Shown: positions 36,375 through 47,117, counted from the stretch's first letter. The stretch is DNA of 64,000 bases from an uncultured Gammaproteobacteria bacterium (GCA_963701505.1 CAVOZZ010000009.1:65770-129769), one strand, 5' to 3'. The notes: generated by a model not told the origin, from the letters alone. A program made the numbers and translations.

Positions 36375-37665
36375 ATGGTAAACAGTGGCAGCTGCAGGAA
36401 GGCGGCGTACCGGCAGAGGCGCCTCTGGCTGACTGCACTGCTGCTGTGGCCCGGCATGTCGCTGGCTGCAGAAGTCGATTACGGCGGTCACCTGAAATAC
36501 TTTTTCAGCTATTCGGATTTTCCTGAACAGTCAGTATTTGCCGGTGATGAAAACCCCTACCGTGAACAGCTTGGCAATCTGCGCCTGAAACTGGGTACCC
36601 GCGCTGCCAACTGGTCGGGTGAAATTCACTACGTGATGGACGCCCTCTACAGCAAGGACCTGGCAAGTTGCCAGATCCGTGGCGCACTGGTGGCCGACGG
36701 TTGCGAACTTTGCGGACAGTGATGCAAGGCAGCTGTTTGATTTGTCGACCAGCTCGTCCCCGGGGACAATACCCTGCTGCTGCAGTGCCTCGATCGCCTG
36801 TGGCTCGGTTATACAAGCGACCGCCTGGTTGCACGCTTCGGTCGCCAGGCGATCAGCTGGGGCAATGGCATGGTGTATAACACCCTCGACCTGTTCAATC
36901 CGTTTGCACCGGATACCATCGACACGGACTACAAGCACGGCGAGGATATGCTCTATCTGCAGCGGCTGTTTGATAACGGCAGTGACCTGCAGGCATTGCT
37001 GATCCCGAGACGCGATGTAAGTTAGCGGTGACTGGAAAGCCGGGAATCCGCTGTTGCCGCCAAGATGCACTGGCTGGTGGAAGACTATGAACTGGACCTG
37101 CTGGCCGCAAGGAACTATGGCGATAACATACTGGGCGCCGGCTACACCACCGAGCTGGACGAGAATGTCATCAATGCCAACTCAGCGTAACCGATACCGG
37201 CAGTGACACGGTGTTCTCGGCGGTTGCCAATTACAATTTTTCTGCCGTCATTCGTGAGCGTAACCTGAGCGGCTTCATCGAATTCTTCTATAACGGCTTT
37301 GGCTTGTCCGGCGGCGAACCATTCCATGCAGGATGTCATCGACGATGAGGCGCTTTACTCACGCCTGCTGCGCGGCGAGCTGTTCACGACCGGCCGCTAC
37401 TACCTTGCAGGCAGTCTACTGATCGAGATGACGCCGTTGCTGCAGTTAAACCCGACCCTGTTCATCAACCTCGGCGATGGCAGCGGCATGCTGCAATTTA
37501 TCGGCAGCTACAGCCTGGCAGAGAACCTCGATCTGCTGGCCGGATTCAACCTGCCGGCCGGCCCTGATGGCAGCGAGTTCGGTGGACTGGAGACGGCGGA
37601 CTGCAGACGGCCGTTTGCTGACGCCGGCAAACACCCTGTTCGCGCGTCTCGCCTGGTATTTTTGA
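36375..37665 (+). pseudogene. putative outer-membrane beta-barrel protein, heavily frame-disrupted
   Basis: Signal peptide (LWLTALLLWPGMSLAAE), with alternating-residue beta-strand-like segments spread over three frames (RQAISWGNGMVYNTLDLFNPFAPD; LAGSLLIEMTPLLQLNPTLFINLGDG). The C-terminus ARLAWYF-stop is a typical OMP terminal aromatic residue. No family could be assigned by eye. Confidence 0.45.
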
Positions 37666-37695
37666 GGCGCAGATCAACCCGCCTTAAGAAACCCT

Positions 37696-37797
37696 GCCAC
37701 GGAAACACACGGAATGACACGGAATTATTCCGGCAAGGCATTTCTTCTTCTGTGCCTTTCTGTGCCTTTCCGTGAGTTTCAGTGTGTTTCCGTCGCT
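37696..37797. repeat. degenerate copy of the CACGGAA-rich palindromic element
   Basis: ccacggaaacacacggaatgacacggaatt...ttccgtgagtttcagtgtgtttccgtcgc. It is intergenic, between the convergent OMP gene and cbbO. Confidence 0.6.
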
Positions 37798-37849
37798 AAA
37801 ATGGCAGGTTTATATTGATGATGCAGCCCAGGCAAGCAGCAGCTCGTTG

Positions 37850-40190
37850 CTAGGCAGTCAGGCTGGCAAACAGCGTCGGCAGCTTTTCAGGCAACCGGTC
37901 GACGTTGTCGATGATCGTATAATTGTTCGCACCGAATATTCGTTTCACGTAGTCATCGGCATTCGGATCCAGCGTCAGGCAATAACTGAGCACGCCGCTG
38001 CTATAGAGTTCTTCCACGGCCTTCTTGGTGTCATGGCGAAGGTGCTGCGGATCCCGTTCATCGATATCCGCCGGTTCGCCATCGGTCACCAGCAGGATCA
38101 GTTTGCGTTTCTCCGGCTGCTTTAGCAAATGATGCCCCGCGTGTCGCAGGGCCGCACCCATGCGCGTGGAAAGCCCACCCTTCATGCCGGCCAGGCGCGC
38201 CTTGGCCTCATCCCCAAAATGCTGGGTGAAATCCTTGAATCGATAATACTGCACATCGTGACGTCCATCGGAGGCGAAGCCGTGAATCGCATAGGGGTCG
38301 CCGATACCCTCGATAGCAGTGGAAACCAGGGTCGCCGCTTCGCGCGTCAGTTGCAGGACGGTTTTATCCGAACCGGACATTGCTTCGTTGGTGGACTCGG
38401 ACAGGTCCAGCAGCAACACGACGGACAGGTCACGAGCCTTCAGGACATTGCGCATGGTGATGCGGGTATTGGGTTGCTGCCCCATGCGAATCGCCACCAT
38501 GGCATCAATAGCCGCATTGATATCGATTTCGTCACCGTCCTCCATATTGCGCACCCGCTGGACGCCCTCGGGAGTTAGCAGGTCAATGATCTGCTTGATG
38601 CGATGCGCAATCGGCTTGTATTCGGTAATAATGTCGCGAATATCATCCGGGTCACCAATAGGCTGGCGACGCTCGTAGACCGTAACCCAGTCCGGACGCG
38701 CCAGCTGGATGTGATAATCCCATTCGGGATAGTGGAAACGGATCCGAGACCGGCTCCTTGCCCCACATTTCATTGAAACTCCTGGTGTTCTCCAGGTCAT
38801 CCTCGTAGGGATACATTTCGGTTGCACAGGTCCAGATTTCCTGGGCGTCATCACCGGCGAGTTCACAATCGACTTCATTCGCCATCTCGATGACACTGAC
38901 CTGTTTGCGAACCTGGCGCTGACTGGCCGGCACGTATTCATGCTCAACGTCCCAGGACAATTCCGCAAATTCCCACACGAAACGGTTGTCGTCCCGGTAC
39001 GGGAAGCGGATGCGCTCCAGGATGCGCAGGCTGGGCACTTCCTTGCGAGCAGAGAAGTAATTGAACAGCTCAAGACCCATGTGCCAGGAGAATTGCGGGT
39101 CATCCTGGCGCGCATCGATCTGCTGGTGGAAGCGCTCGGCAAACTCGTTGAGTTCGGGCTGGTCACAGCGAACCTCTGCATCAAGCAGCATCAATGCCAC
39201 CCGTTCAAGCACCACGATGGTCGGGTGCTCGGGCGCCTCGTCATATTGCAGCGACAGCAACGAGCACCACAGATTCTTCAGGCCGGGAAATTCCTGAATG
39301 GCTTTAAATTCGACACGGGCATCCTCGAGCAGCCCGATGAAACTCATCTGCGCAGGAGACAGCTCCTCGGCTGACAGCGCGCTACGGGTATAGCTCATAT
39401 GCGCGGCCATATGCGCGGCCGTCGCACGATACACCTCGAGTCCAGGAACGCCGCCAGTGTCATCAACCGCATCGGGCATGTGCAGCACGTGCGTTTCTAT
39501 ATAGGGGCGAAAATCGGCAAAGTCGGCACCCGTGGGACGCAGAAAGAAATCCCTGCCCCACAGCGCGCGCAGGTAGAAATTGAGCTTGCGCTGGGTATTC
39601 ACAAACAGAATTCCGCGCCGTTCTTTCTGCAGCACGGCCCGACTGTCCTTGGACTCCAGGTTGAAGTAGGCCGTCAGGTTGTTGTAGTCACGCCGGTAGG
39701 CCTGCGTTCCGAAGTTGGCCCAACGACGCAGTCCGCTTAACGTCAGCTTGGACAGCAGGTCATCAATGTGATTCAGCATCGGGCGGACGCCGCGCGCTGC
39801 CGTCGAGGCAACCTGATGAATCAGGGTCAGATAGCCACGGAACAGTTCGGCATCGCCGAGACGGCGCGCGGCTGTTGGCATACTGTTGAAGAACAACACG
39901 ATAACCTCGCCCGAGGTCATCGATGAAAGTTTCATCGCAGCGGTCAGACAATCCGTAATGATGTCTTCACCGCACTCCTTGGCAACGAGCGGAATTTCCT
40001 GCAGATACGTTGTGACAACCCCGCTGCCGCGACCGAGGTTTGAGAGCGCCTTGGCGCCATCCAGATACTTCTCGAGGCCAGCTGGAGACATCACCCGTGA
40101 GGCTTCCAGGAACGTTGCTTCCAGCACGCTGCGGATTTCGGGCGCCGCGTCCCTGAGAGCCTCGTCGTAGTCTTCGAGTTTTACTGACAT
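37850..40190 (-). pseudogene. cbbO: RuBisCO activase adaptor CbbO (C-terminal von Willebrand A domain), one frame change near 38750
   Basis: Fragments 38652-40190 (N-terminal) and 37850-39184. The VWA/MIDAS motif is LLLDLSESTN, followed by LILLVTDGEPAD. It lies immediately downstream of cbbQ. Confidence 0.85.
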
Positions 40191-40221
40191 GTCAGCGCTC
40201 TGACAATTACCGGGTTAAAAA

Positions 40222-41034
40222 TCAACCGAAAAACGTTTGCACGGCTGCATTCAGGGTATCGCGCATGTCCGGATCATCGGTCAGCGGCGTCACCATGGTC
40301 ATGCTACAGGCAGCCTCGGCAGCGACACCCTTGGAGATCAACTGACCGGCATAGACCAGCAGGCGTGTAGAAATCCCTTCATCGAGACCATGTCCCTTCA
40401 GGTTACGTGCCCGGTGAGCGATCTGCACCAGTTTCTTGGCAGTTGCCTCATCCACGCCGGATTCTTTCGCCACGATCTGGACTTCCAGTTTTTCTGCCGG
40501 ATAGTCAAAGTCGAGACCACCGAAGCGCTGTTTGGTCGACTGCTTGAGATCCTTCATCAGGCTTTGGTAGCCTGGGTTATAGGAAATCACCAGCTGAAAG
40601 TCTGCGTGTGCCTGGATCAGCTCACCTTTTTTATCGAGCGGCAGGGTGCGACGATGGTCGGTCAACGGGTGGATGACGACGGTGGTATCCTGGCGTGCCT
40701 CCACCACTTCATCCAGGTAGCAGATTGCCCCAAGGCGCGCCGCTGTGGTCAACGGCCCGTCCTGCCACTTGGTGCCTTCCTTGTCGAGCAGAAAGCGGCC
40801 GACCAGATCGGATGCAGTCATATCCTCATTACAGGCAACCGTAATCAGAGGCTTGCCGAGTTTCCAGGCCATGTACTCAACAAAGCGCGACTTGCCGCAA
40901 CCCGTCGGGCCCTTGATCATCATCGGCATGCGTACTTCGTATGCCGAGCTGTAGAGCTCAAGCTCATTGCCTACAGGCTGGTAATACGGCTCGGCCTTGA
41001 TCTTGTACTGTTCGATATTCACTAATTCAGACAT
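40222..41034 (-). CDS. cbbQ: RuBisCO activase CbbQ (MoxR-type AAA+ ATPase, CbbQ/NirQ/NorQ family)
   Basis: Intact 270 aa. Walker A GPTGCGKS, Walker B ICYLDEV, then VISYNPGYQ. Confidence 0.92.
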   Translation of the reverse strand: MSELVNIEQYKIKAEPYYQPVGNELELYSSAYEVRMPMMIKGPTGCGKSRFVEYMAWKLGKPLITVACNEDMTASDLVGRFLLDKEGTKWQDGPLTTAARLGAICYLDEVVEARQDTTVVIHPLTDHRRTLPLDKKGELIQAHADFQLVISYNPGYQSLMKDLKQSTKQRFGGLDFDYPAEKLEVQIVAKESGVDEATAKKLVQIAHRARNLKGHGLDEGISTRLLVYAGQLISKGVAAEAACSMTMVTPLTDDPDMRDTLNAAVQTFFG

Positions 41035-41057
41035 AACGCACCCTTTTCCAGTCGTTG

Positions 41058-41369
41058 TTACTTGTCATCGTAGGTTTCCAGTTCACCTGACCAGCCGGCC
41101 TGCTTTGCCTCGGCGATTGCCTTGGCATGTATTCGCCGGTGGCGCTCACGCAAGTCCGCGGGTAAGAGGCTGACCATGCAGCCATATTTGTCCCATTCGG
41201 CATTGACCTTGTCCAGCAGGACATCAACCTGGCCCTGGTTCCAGCCCGCGCAGGTTTCCGTTTCCGGAATCAATTCAAACACCCAGGCATCACGAATAAT
41301 CTTCCCGATGGTGGTCATCGCACCATGGACATCATTGTCAATTCCTACGTATGTACGTGGTTTTGTCAT
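41058..41369 (-). CDS. hypothetical 103-aa soluble protein embedded between cbbS and cbbQ
   Basis: Intact ORF (MTKPRTYVGIDNDVHGAMTTIGKIIRDAWVFELIPETETCAGWNQGQVDVLL...). Its codon usage looks like that of its neighbours. I recognised no family. The 23-nt gap to cbbQ suggests co-transcription. Confidence 0.55.
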   Translation of the reverse strand: MTKPRTYVGIDNDVHGAMTTIGKIIRDAWVFELIPETETCAGWNQGQVDVLLDKVNAEWDKYGCMVSLLPADLRERHRRIHAKAIAEAKQAGWSGELETYDDK

Positions 41370-41370
41370 G

Positions 41371-41415
41371 TAAATAAAAAGGCCCCTGGCCGTAAGGTTT
41401 CCGGGCAGGGGCCTT
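41371..41415 (-). terminator. Rho-independent terminator/attenuator just downstream of cbbS
   Basis: Perfect 10-bp stem aaggcccctg (41379-41388) / caggggcctt (41406-41415). On the minus-strand transcript it is followed by tttttattt. It ends 2-3 nt before the orf103 ATG. Confidence 0.7.
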
Positions 41416-41440
41416 GATCAATCGCTCCTGACCGTACGAC

Positions 41441-41800
41441 CTAAACAGACACCCCGCGGTAAACCACCATAGCGGTGCCGGCAGACTGTGCAAAGTTATC
41501 GAAACCCAGCAAGCGCACATGATTTTTCGGGTGCGCCTTGTGGCAGGCTTCCAGCTCGGCCAGGATGGTGTCGACGTTGGTCTCGCCAAACATGGGCAGC
41601 TTCCACATGTACCAGTAGTTACTGCGTGCATTTTCTGGTTCAGTGTGTTCGATACCCGGGTTCCAGCCCTTGTCGACAATGTACTGGATCTGGGCACGAG
41701 CAGATTCCTTGCTCAAGGGCGGCAGGTAGGAAAAGGTTTCATACTTGCGGCTCTGGGCGGCGTCACTCAGGCTCGAGTTGTAATCTTGTATATTACTCAT
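41441..41800 (-). CDS. cbbS: RuBisCO form I small subunit
   Basis: Intact 119 aa. Motifs [33 protein letters not shown]. Confidence 0.95.
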   Translation of the reverse strand: MSNIQDYNSSLSDAAQSRKYETFSYLPPLSKESARAQIQYIVDKGWNPGIEHTEPENARSNYWYMWKLPMFGETNVDTILAELEACHKAHPKNHVRLLGFDNFAQSAGTAMVVYRGVSV

Positions 41801-41833
41801 ATTAATTTCTCCAATAAAACAGTGAATTTGACT

Positions 41834-41865
41834 GCCCGGGCGGGACCCGCAGGACCCGCCCGGGC
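41834..41865 (-). other. stable GC stem-loop in the cbbL-cbbS spacer
   Basis: Perfect 11-bp stem gcccgggcggg (41834-41844) / cccgcccgggc (41855-41865) with a 10-nt loop. There is no downstream U-tract. The cbbS RBS (ggag) follows. Confidence 0.6.
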
Positions 41866-41891
41866 CGTATCCGTATCAGGCGACAGCGCGC

Positions 41892-43310
41892 TTACTTGTG
41901 CGCAACGTCGATCTTGTCAACGGTATCAAATTCGAACTTGATCTCTTTCCAGGTATCCATGGCAGCAGCCAGTTCCGGGCTGTGCTTGGCAGCAGCGGTA
42001 AGAATGTCCTTGCCCTCTTTCTCCAGCTCACGGCCCTGGTTGCGTGCTTCAACGCAGGCTTCAACAGCCACCCGGTTGGCAGCAGCACCAGCGGCGTTGC
42101 CCCATGGGTGACCCAGCGTACCGCCACCAAACTGCAGGCAGGAATCGTCGCCAAAGATGCTGACCAGTGCCGGCATGTGCCAGACATGGATACCACCGGA
42201 AGCAACCGGAATCACACCCGGCATGGCACCCCAGTCCTGATCGAAGAAGATACCGCGGGTACGGTCTTCCTTGATGTAGGAATCGCGCATGATGTCAATC
42301 CAGCCCAGCGTCGCATCACGGTCGCCTTCCAGCTTGCCGACCACGGTACCGGAGTGCAGGTGATCACCACCTGACAGACGCAGACACTTGGCCAGTACGC
42401 GGAAGTGGATACCGTGGTGCGGGTTGCGGTCGAGCACGGCGTGCATGGCACGGTGGATGTGCAGCAAGATGCCGTTGTTCTGACACCATTGTGCCAGTTG
42501 GGTATTTGCAGAGAAGCCGCCGGTCAGGAAGTCATGCATGATGATCGGTGCGCCAATTTCCTTGGCGTACTCGGCACGGCGCATCATTTCGTCAGCCGTC
42601 GGCGCGGTCACATTCAGGTAGTGGCCCTTGCGCTCGCCGGTCTCGGCTTCAGCCTTGTGAATGGCTTCCATGACGAAGTCGAAACGGTGACGCCAGCGCA
42701 TGAAAGGCTGTGAGTTGACGTTCTCGTCATCCTTGGTGAAGTCCAGACCACCGCGCAGACCTTCGTAGCAGGCACGGCCATAGTTCTTCGCAGACAGACC
42801 CAGCTTCGGCTTGATGGTGCAGCCCAGCAGCGGACGACCATACTTGTTGAGGATGTCACGTTCAACCTGGATACCCTGAGGTGGCCCGTTACAGGTCATC
42901 ACGTAGGCAACCGGGAAGCGGATGTCTTCCAGGCGCAGGGCGCGCAGCGCCTTGAAGCCGAAGACGTTACCGACCAGCGAGGTCAGTACGTTAACAACAG
43001 AACCCTCCTCGAACAGATCGATCGGGTAGGCGACGAAGGCATAGAAGCAGGTGTCATCACCCGGGACGTCCTCGATCGCGTAGGCACGGCCCTTGTAATA
43101 GTCCAGGTCGGTCAGCAGGTCGGTCCAGACCGTGGTCCAGGTACCGGTTGAAGACTCGGCAGCAACCGCGGCTGCAACTTCTTCACGCGGCACACCCGCC
43201 TGCGGGGTAATCTTGAAACACGCCAGAAGATCGGTATCTTTTGGTGTGTAGTCCGGCATCCAGTACGTTTCGCGGTATTCTTTTACGCCTGCATCGTATT
43301 TCTTGGCCAT
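41892..43310 (-). CDS. cbbL: RuBisCO form I (IA, green-type) large subunit
   Basis: Intact 472 aa. Motifs [19 protein letters not shown] (carbamylated-Lys loop), [29 protein letters not shown]. Confidence 0.97.
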   Translation of the reverse strand: MAKKYDAGVKEYRETYWMPDYTPKDTDLLACFKITPQAGVPREEVAAAVAAESSTGTWTTVWTDLLTDLDYYKGRAYAIEDVPGDDTCFYAFVAYPIDLFEEGSVVNVLTSLVGNVFGFKALRALRLEDIRFPVAYVMTCNGPPQGIQVERDILNKYGRPLLGCTIKPKLGLSAKNYGRACYEGLRGGLDFTKDDENVNSQPFMRWRHRFDFVMEAIHKAEAETGERKGHYLNVTAPTADEMMRRAEYAKEIGAPIIMHDFLTGGFSANTQLAQWCQNNGILLHIHRAMHAVLDRNPHHGIHFRVLAKCLRLSGGDHLHSGTVVGKLEGDRDATLGWIDIMRDSYIKEDRTRGIFFDQDWGAMPGVIPVASGGIHVWHMPALVSIFGDDSCLQFGGGTLGHPWGNAAGAAANRVAVEACVEARNQGRELEKEGKDILTAAAKHSPELAAAMDTWKEIKFEFDTVDKIDVAHK

Positions 43311-43405
43311 AGTTGTTTTCTCCTGATTGAATCTGCTTGCACTCGGAACCAGTGGGGCCAGCCAGGGTCTAGCCGGTGATCTCCACTGCTTCGATCCAGG
43401 TATTA

Positions 43406-43418
43406 TTACAGTATGTAA
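43406..43418. promoter_or_regulatory. candidate LysR-type (CbbR-like) T-N11-A box in the AT-rich cbbL upstream region
   Basis: Palindrome TTAC-AGTAT-GTAA, ~100 nt upstream of the cbbL ATG, inside a markedly AT-rich island (about 43400-43484). Confidence 0.35.
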
Positions 43419-43484
43419 CTATAAATAAAATTAAATATTAATGATTATTTTCATAAATGATTACTTATCTTTTGAGCTATTGTT

Positions 43485-44406
43485 TTATTTAGCTTTCTCT
43501 TCATCTTCCCCGTCCAGGGGCATCTCATAGGCCGCCATGCTCGGGCGTGCCATGTCATCATGTACCGTGGACTCGCGATCGCCGCGGCGGGCCAGGTGCT
43601 GATCCAGTGCATCCGCCTTCAGATCGATGCTTTTCTCACCGTACATGATCTGGCGAATCATGCGGTCACCAAAACGCAGCAGAGCCATGTCATCGCTCAG
43701 CAATTCATCCCGGGTGGCCTCGTCAATATCGAAGGTGGTACTGAAACCGGTACTCTTGATAAATTCGCGAAAGCGGTCCAGGTCATAGCAGGCCATGAAG
43801 AAAAATTTCAGGCTGGTCTTCGACATATTGCCGATCGCCGGTCCGGCTGACTTGACCTTGAGTATCAGCTGTCGCCAGGCGCGGCCATGTTCATCATATT
43901 CCTCCAGCCCCTGCTCCTCGCGGTATTCATCAATGGTGAGCTTGCGGTCCTCAAAATGACCGTGGCAATGATCTTCCTTGACCAGTGCGTAGGACGCCCG
44001 GTCGAAAGTTCTCGTCCTGGCGACGCAGTGACAGCAGGCCGACCGGGTAATAGCGGCATGCCGTGGGACGGTCCTCGTAGACACTGCAGCCCTCATCCGT
44101 GACAAACTGGCACTCGCTGGTGCCTTCTTTCGGCTTGTACTTGACGCCACCAATACTGTTCCTGGCGAACTCGAAGGGATCCGTGTACTGCCTGAGGAAC
44201 TCTGTTGAAGTAATACCAAGACGCTTTTTTAGACGCAGGATGTCATACGGCGTCAGCATGATATCGATATTCTTGCAGCAGGCATTGAAACAGTCGATGT
44301 CCTTGTGACAGCGGAACTGGATGACGGCATTACCCTCAAGCTGTGCGGGGATAACCGGTGAACCGGGCAGCGCGGAATCGACAGTCAATTTCGTTTCATC
44401 AGACAT
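43485..44406 (-). pseudogene. YkgJ-family (CxxCxxCC-type) Cys-cluster protein with an unrecognised acidic C-terminal domain, one frame change near 44010
   Basis: Fragment 43951-44406 has FRCHKDIDCFNACCKN and ECQFVTDEGCSVYEDRPTACRYYP (UPF0153/YkgJ pattern). It continues in fragment 43485-44219 (HCHGHFEDRKLTIDEYREEQG...EDEEKAK). Confidence 0.65.
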
Positions 44407-44477
44407 GAGTTTTACCTCTAGGAAAACAACGATTTTATCCTGCAGTTTATTTTAAAAAACGCTTTGCTACATCGCAG

Positions 44478-44515
44478 AAAAATAAAAAGTCCGGGCACCG
44501 CAAGGCACCCGGACT
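44478..44515 (-). terminator. Rho-independent terminator downstream of aprA
   Basis: Stem agtccggg/cccggact (8 bp) plus 2 inner bp, with a GNRA-type loop (44488-44515). On the minus-strand transcript it is followed by ttttatttttc. Confidence 0.65.
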
Positions 44516-44540
44516 TTCAGGTCAAGCGACTGTTCGGGTG

Positions 44541-46524
44541 TTACTTGAACAGCTTGGACTTGTCGACCAGATCAACATGGGCACGCTTGAAGCAGGTCCA
44601 CTTCTGGGTTTTCTTGTCATAGATCGAGTTAACAAAACACTTCCAGTTTTCCTCATCGACAAAGTTCTTGTCCATGCGGTAGTAGAAACCCGGATAACGG
44701 GATTCCTGACGGAACTCGATGTGCTTCATGTGGGCTTCAGCCGTGATGATGCGGTGGTAGTTCTCCCAGGCACGCAGCAGTTCATGCAGGTCCTTGGCAC
44801 GCATCTTCTCGGCATCTTCCTTCAGCATGTCGATCTTCTCACCCGCCACTGCCAGCATGTGGGCATTGGTGGTGTAGTAGGTCGCAACACCGGCCACATA
44901 CTCGTCCATGATCTTCTGCAGACGGAACTGCAGCATCTTCGGCGTAATGTAGTGCGGGTTGATATCGATAGCTGTGGTGTAGTCCTTGAACTCAAGGTAG
45001 TTTCTGACCGGCTTGTAGATCTCGGCGACCAGGTCTTCAACAGAGGTATCCAGCTCGGGCTTCAGGTCCTTGTTGTCCAGGCAGTACTTGACCATGGCCT
45101 TGGCAGCGATACGACCTTCTGCATGGGAACCGGAAGAGAACTTGTGACCGGATGCACCCACACCGTCGCCGGCAGTCCACAGACCGGTAACAGTGGTCAT
45201 GGCACGGTAGCCCCAGTTCCAGCCCTTCGGCAGATGCTCGGGTACACCGGCTTCTGTCTCGTCTGTCGGCGCACCGACATCAGTCGGACCGGAAACCCAG
45301 ATGCCGCAGCAACCGGAGTGTGAGCCCAGCAGGTAGGGTTCGGTCGGCATCAGCTCGGAGTTCTTCTTCTCCGGCTCGATGTTCTCACCCACCCAGATAC
45401 CACACTGGCCAATACACATGTCGAGGAAGTCTTCCCAGGCTTCTGCCTCGAGGTGCTTCACTTCGCGCGGTGTCAGTGTTTCACGCAGGTTGGCAAGGGC
45501 GGTTACGGTATCCATCCAGATCGGACCACGGCCTTCCTTCATCTCTTTCAGCATGAGGTGGTTACGCAGGCAGGAGGCAGGTACGGCAGCCTGACCATAA
45601 GGAGGATAGTCAGTCCAGCATCTCCTTGTTGCGGTCCATGTAGATCTCGCCCTCGGCGTTGGTGGCCTTGGACTTGAACAGCAGGAACCAGGCACCAACC
45701 GGGCCGTAACCGTCCTTGAAGCGGGTCGGTACGAAGCGGTTTTCCATCAGCGTCATCTCGGCGCCGGCTTCAGCAGCCATGGCGTAGGTGGAACCGGCAT
45801 TCCACACCGGGTACCAGGCACGACCCGTGCCTTCACCCACGGAGCGCGGACGGAAGATGTTCACGCAACCACCGGCAGCCAGCAGAATGGCCTTGGCCTT
45901 GTAGATGAATACCTTGTCTTCACGAACCGAGAAACCGACTGCACCGGCGATGCGGTTAGGATCGTTCTTGTCATTGACCAGCTTGACGATGAAGACACGC
46001 TCCTGGATGTTGTCGGTACCGAGAGCCTTCTTGGCCGCCTCGGCAACGATCCACTTGTAGGATTCACCATTGATCATGATCTGCCACTTGCCTGAACGGA
46101 CCGGCTTGCCGCCGTCCTTCAGTGGTGTCATGCCCTTGGAACCGTCAAAACGTTCACCGTTCTCGTCGGTCTTCCAGATCGGCAGACCCCATTCCTCGAA
46201 CAGGTGAACAGACTCGTCCACGTGGCGACCTACGTCATAGGCGAGATCGTCGCGGGTAATGCCCATCAGGTCGTTGGAGACCATACGGGTGTAATCGGCC
46301 GGGTCCTGCTCGGTGCCGATGTAGGTGTTGATAGCAGACAGACCCATTGCCACGGCACCGGAACGGTCCATGGCGGCCTTGTCCACCAGTCTGATTTTAA
46401 GATCTGTGCCTTCTGCCCAGCGCATTACCTCGTAGCCAGCGCCGCAACAGGCCATACCACCGCCGATAAGAAGAATATCAACTTCTTCTTCGACGACTTC
46501 AGGATTTCCAAATTCACCTGCCAT
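44541..46524 (-). pseudogene. aprA: adenylylsulfate (APS) reductase alpha subunit, one frame change near 45612
   Basis: Fragments 45610-46524 (VDILLIGGGMACCGAGYE FAD motif) and 44541-45698 (GLWTAGDGVGASGHKFSSGSHAEGR) are colinear. Confidence 0.9.
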
Positions 46525-46583
46525 GATAAATACCTCTTTCTTGAATTACTTGTTATGTACCGGATTACGCTCTGATCAGTTCG

Positions 46584-47033
46584 CTACGATCGCCTTCGCG
46601 GTAACCGTTGCACTGAACGAAAGAAACCAGGCTCTTCGATCTTGGACAAATCGGCTGCCGGCTTGCCACCGTAAGGATCAATAGAACCTTCCGGCGTGGT
46701 ACGAATCGGGAACTTGAAGCGCTTCAGGGTGCCGTTACGGAACTTGATGGTCCACATAATGGAATCAGAACCACGCAGTGGCTGCACGGAACCGCCCAGC
46801 GGTACGATGTCAGCATAGTGACGTGCCTCGATGGCCTGCTGCGGGCAGATCTTCACGCAGGAATAGCATTCCCAGCACTGTTCCGGCTCCTGGTTGTAGG
46901 CTTTCATGGCATGGCCGGTTTCGGAACCGTCCTTGTCAAGCTTCATGAGGTCGTGCGGGCAGATGTACATGCAAGCAGTCTTGTCCTGACCCTTACAGCC
47001 GTCGCACTTATCTGTACGTACAAATGTTGGCAT
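46584..47033 (-). CDS. aprB: APS reductase beta subunit (2x[4Fe-4S])
   Basis: 149 aa. MPTFVRTDKCDGCKG...CMYICPHDLM and CWECYSCVKICPQQAI. The last ~15 aa may be affected by a further indel. Confidence 0.88.
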   Translation of the reverse strand: MPTFVRTDKCDGCKGQDKTACMYICPHDLMKLDKDGSETGHAMKAYNQEPEQCWECYSCVKICPQQAIEARHYADIVPLGGSVQPLRGSDSIMWTIKFRNGTLKRFKFPIRTTPEGSIDPYGGKPAADLSKIEEPGFFRSVQRLPRRRS

Positions 47034-47117
47034 GTTATTTCTCCATCTTCTTTGATAGTTACTGCAGTTTAATACTCCGTTGCCCCGGACTGGCTGCAGC
47101 GGTCTCTAGAGTCGCAA

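Noticed and set aside
37850-43310. Carboxysome (alpha-type) locus associated with the form IA RuBisCO.
   Set aside because: There are no csoS2/csoS3/shell (BMC-domain) genes on either side. The cbbQ/cbbO context indicates the non-carboxysomal IAq-type arrangement.
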